The notes under the pieces are model-generated. The model saw nothing but the letters and a program-made list of their open reading frames with translations. It was not told the origin of the DNA and did no database searches. A DNA stretch of 63,280 nt, the filler included, from Octopus bimaculoides (taxonomy: Eukaryota), in NCBI RefSeq assembly GCF_001194135.2. It is 6 parts of 5 records of this genome, joined end to end, with 100 filler letters (N's around TTAATTAATTAA, not from the genome) between each part and the next. Parts side by side here need not be neighbours in the genome. Positions count along the whole stretch, not along the records: positions 58,836 to 63,280 come from NC_068991.1; 5 more parts are not named here. One strand, given 5' to 3'. Made by a program: the position numbers and the translations under genes. Position 1 is the first letter of the stretch. Every line of letters starts with the position of its first letter. Below, piece after piece: positions 62,665 through 63,280 of this stretch.

Positions 62665-63120
62665 TAGGCGCAGGAGTGGCTGTGTGGTAAGTAACTTGCT
62701 TACCAACCACATGGTCTCGGCTCCAGTCGCACTGCGTGGCACCTTGAGCAAGTGTCTTCTGCTATAGCCTCGGGCCGACCAAAGCCTTGTGAGTGGATTT
62801 GGTAGACGGAAACTGAAAGAAGCCCGTCGTATATATGTACATATATATATATATATATATATATANNNNNNNNNNNNNNNNNNNNNNNNNNNNNNNNNNN
62901 NNNNNNNNNNNNNNNNNNNNNNNNNNNNNNNNNNNNNNNNNNNNNNNNCCGATGCTGGTGTGTTTACGCCCCCGTAACTTAGCGGTTCGGCAAAAGGGAG
63001 CCATAGAATAAGTACTAGGCTTACAAAGAATAAGTCCTGGGGTCGATTTGTTTCGACTAAAGGCAATGCTCCAGCATGGCCGCAGTCAAATGACTGAAAC
63101 AAGTAAAAGAGTAAAAGAGT
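62665..63120 (+). mobile_element. tRNA-derived SINE (family A), CpG-intact, with a gap at the internal (TA)n
   Basis: TAGGCGCAGGAGTGGCTGTGTGGTAAG...GAAACAAGTAAAAGAGTAAAAGAG. Confidence 0.88.
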
Positions 63121-63225
63121 ATACATTAGTTACTCTCGTGGTTGAAAAGAGGTATGTGTATTGTATATGCTGCATGTGTGTGTGTATTCTTTTACACACA
63201 CACACACAAACACAAACGCACGCAG

Positions 63226-63280
<55 letters not shown>

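Overview
Animal genomic DNA: AT-rich, dense in microsatellites and repeats, with many assembly gaps. The SINE, LINE and transposon types look like those of an octopod cephalopod (inference from recalled repeat motifs, not from a search). Five identical 100-bp spacers (N44-TTAATTAATTAA-N44) split the window into six joined pieces whose true adjacency is uncertain. The only host gene I can support is three minus-strand exons of an arsenite methyltransferase (AS3MT-like; 23557-23707, 19004-19140, 13035-13104), with canonical splice sites and compatible phases. The rest is mobile DNA: a Ty3/Gypsy LTR element with 269-bp LTRs, PBS, PPT and a 5-bp TSD; GG-ended MITEs with 8-bp TSDs that carry (CCCTAA)n; Penelope-like GIY-YIG elements; R4/Dong-like RLE retrotransposons lying in (TAA)n; RTE and Tx1 LINE fragments; Tc1/mariner copies; hAT and piggyBac MITEs; and several SINE families. 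The most interesting signals are two minimal hammerhead-ribozyme-like motifs (one in a Penelope tail, one inside a ~417-bp direct-repeat-bounded non-coding unit resembling a retrozyme), the telomere-repeat-carrying MITEs, and a hairpin-rich 217-bp insert in a Penelope RT gene. There are no prokaryotic features, rRNA genes or CRISPR arrays.
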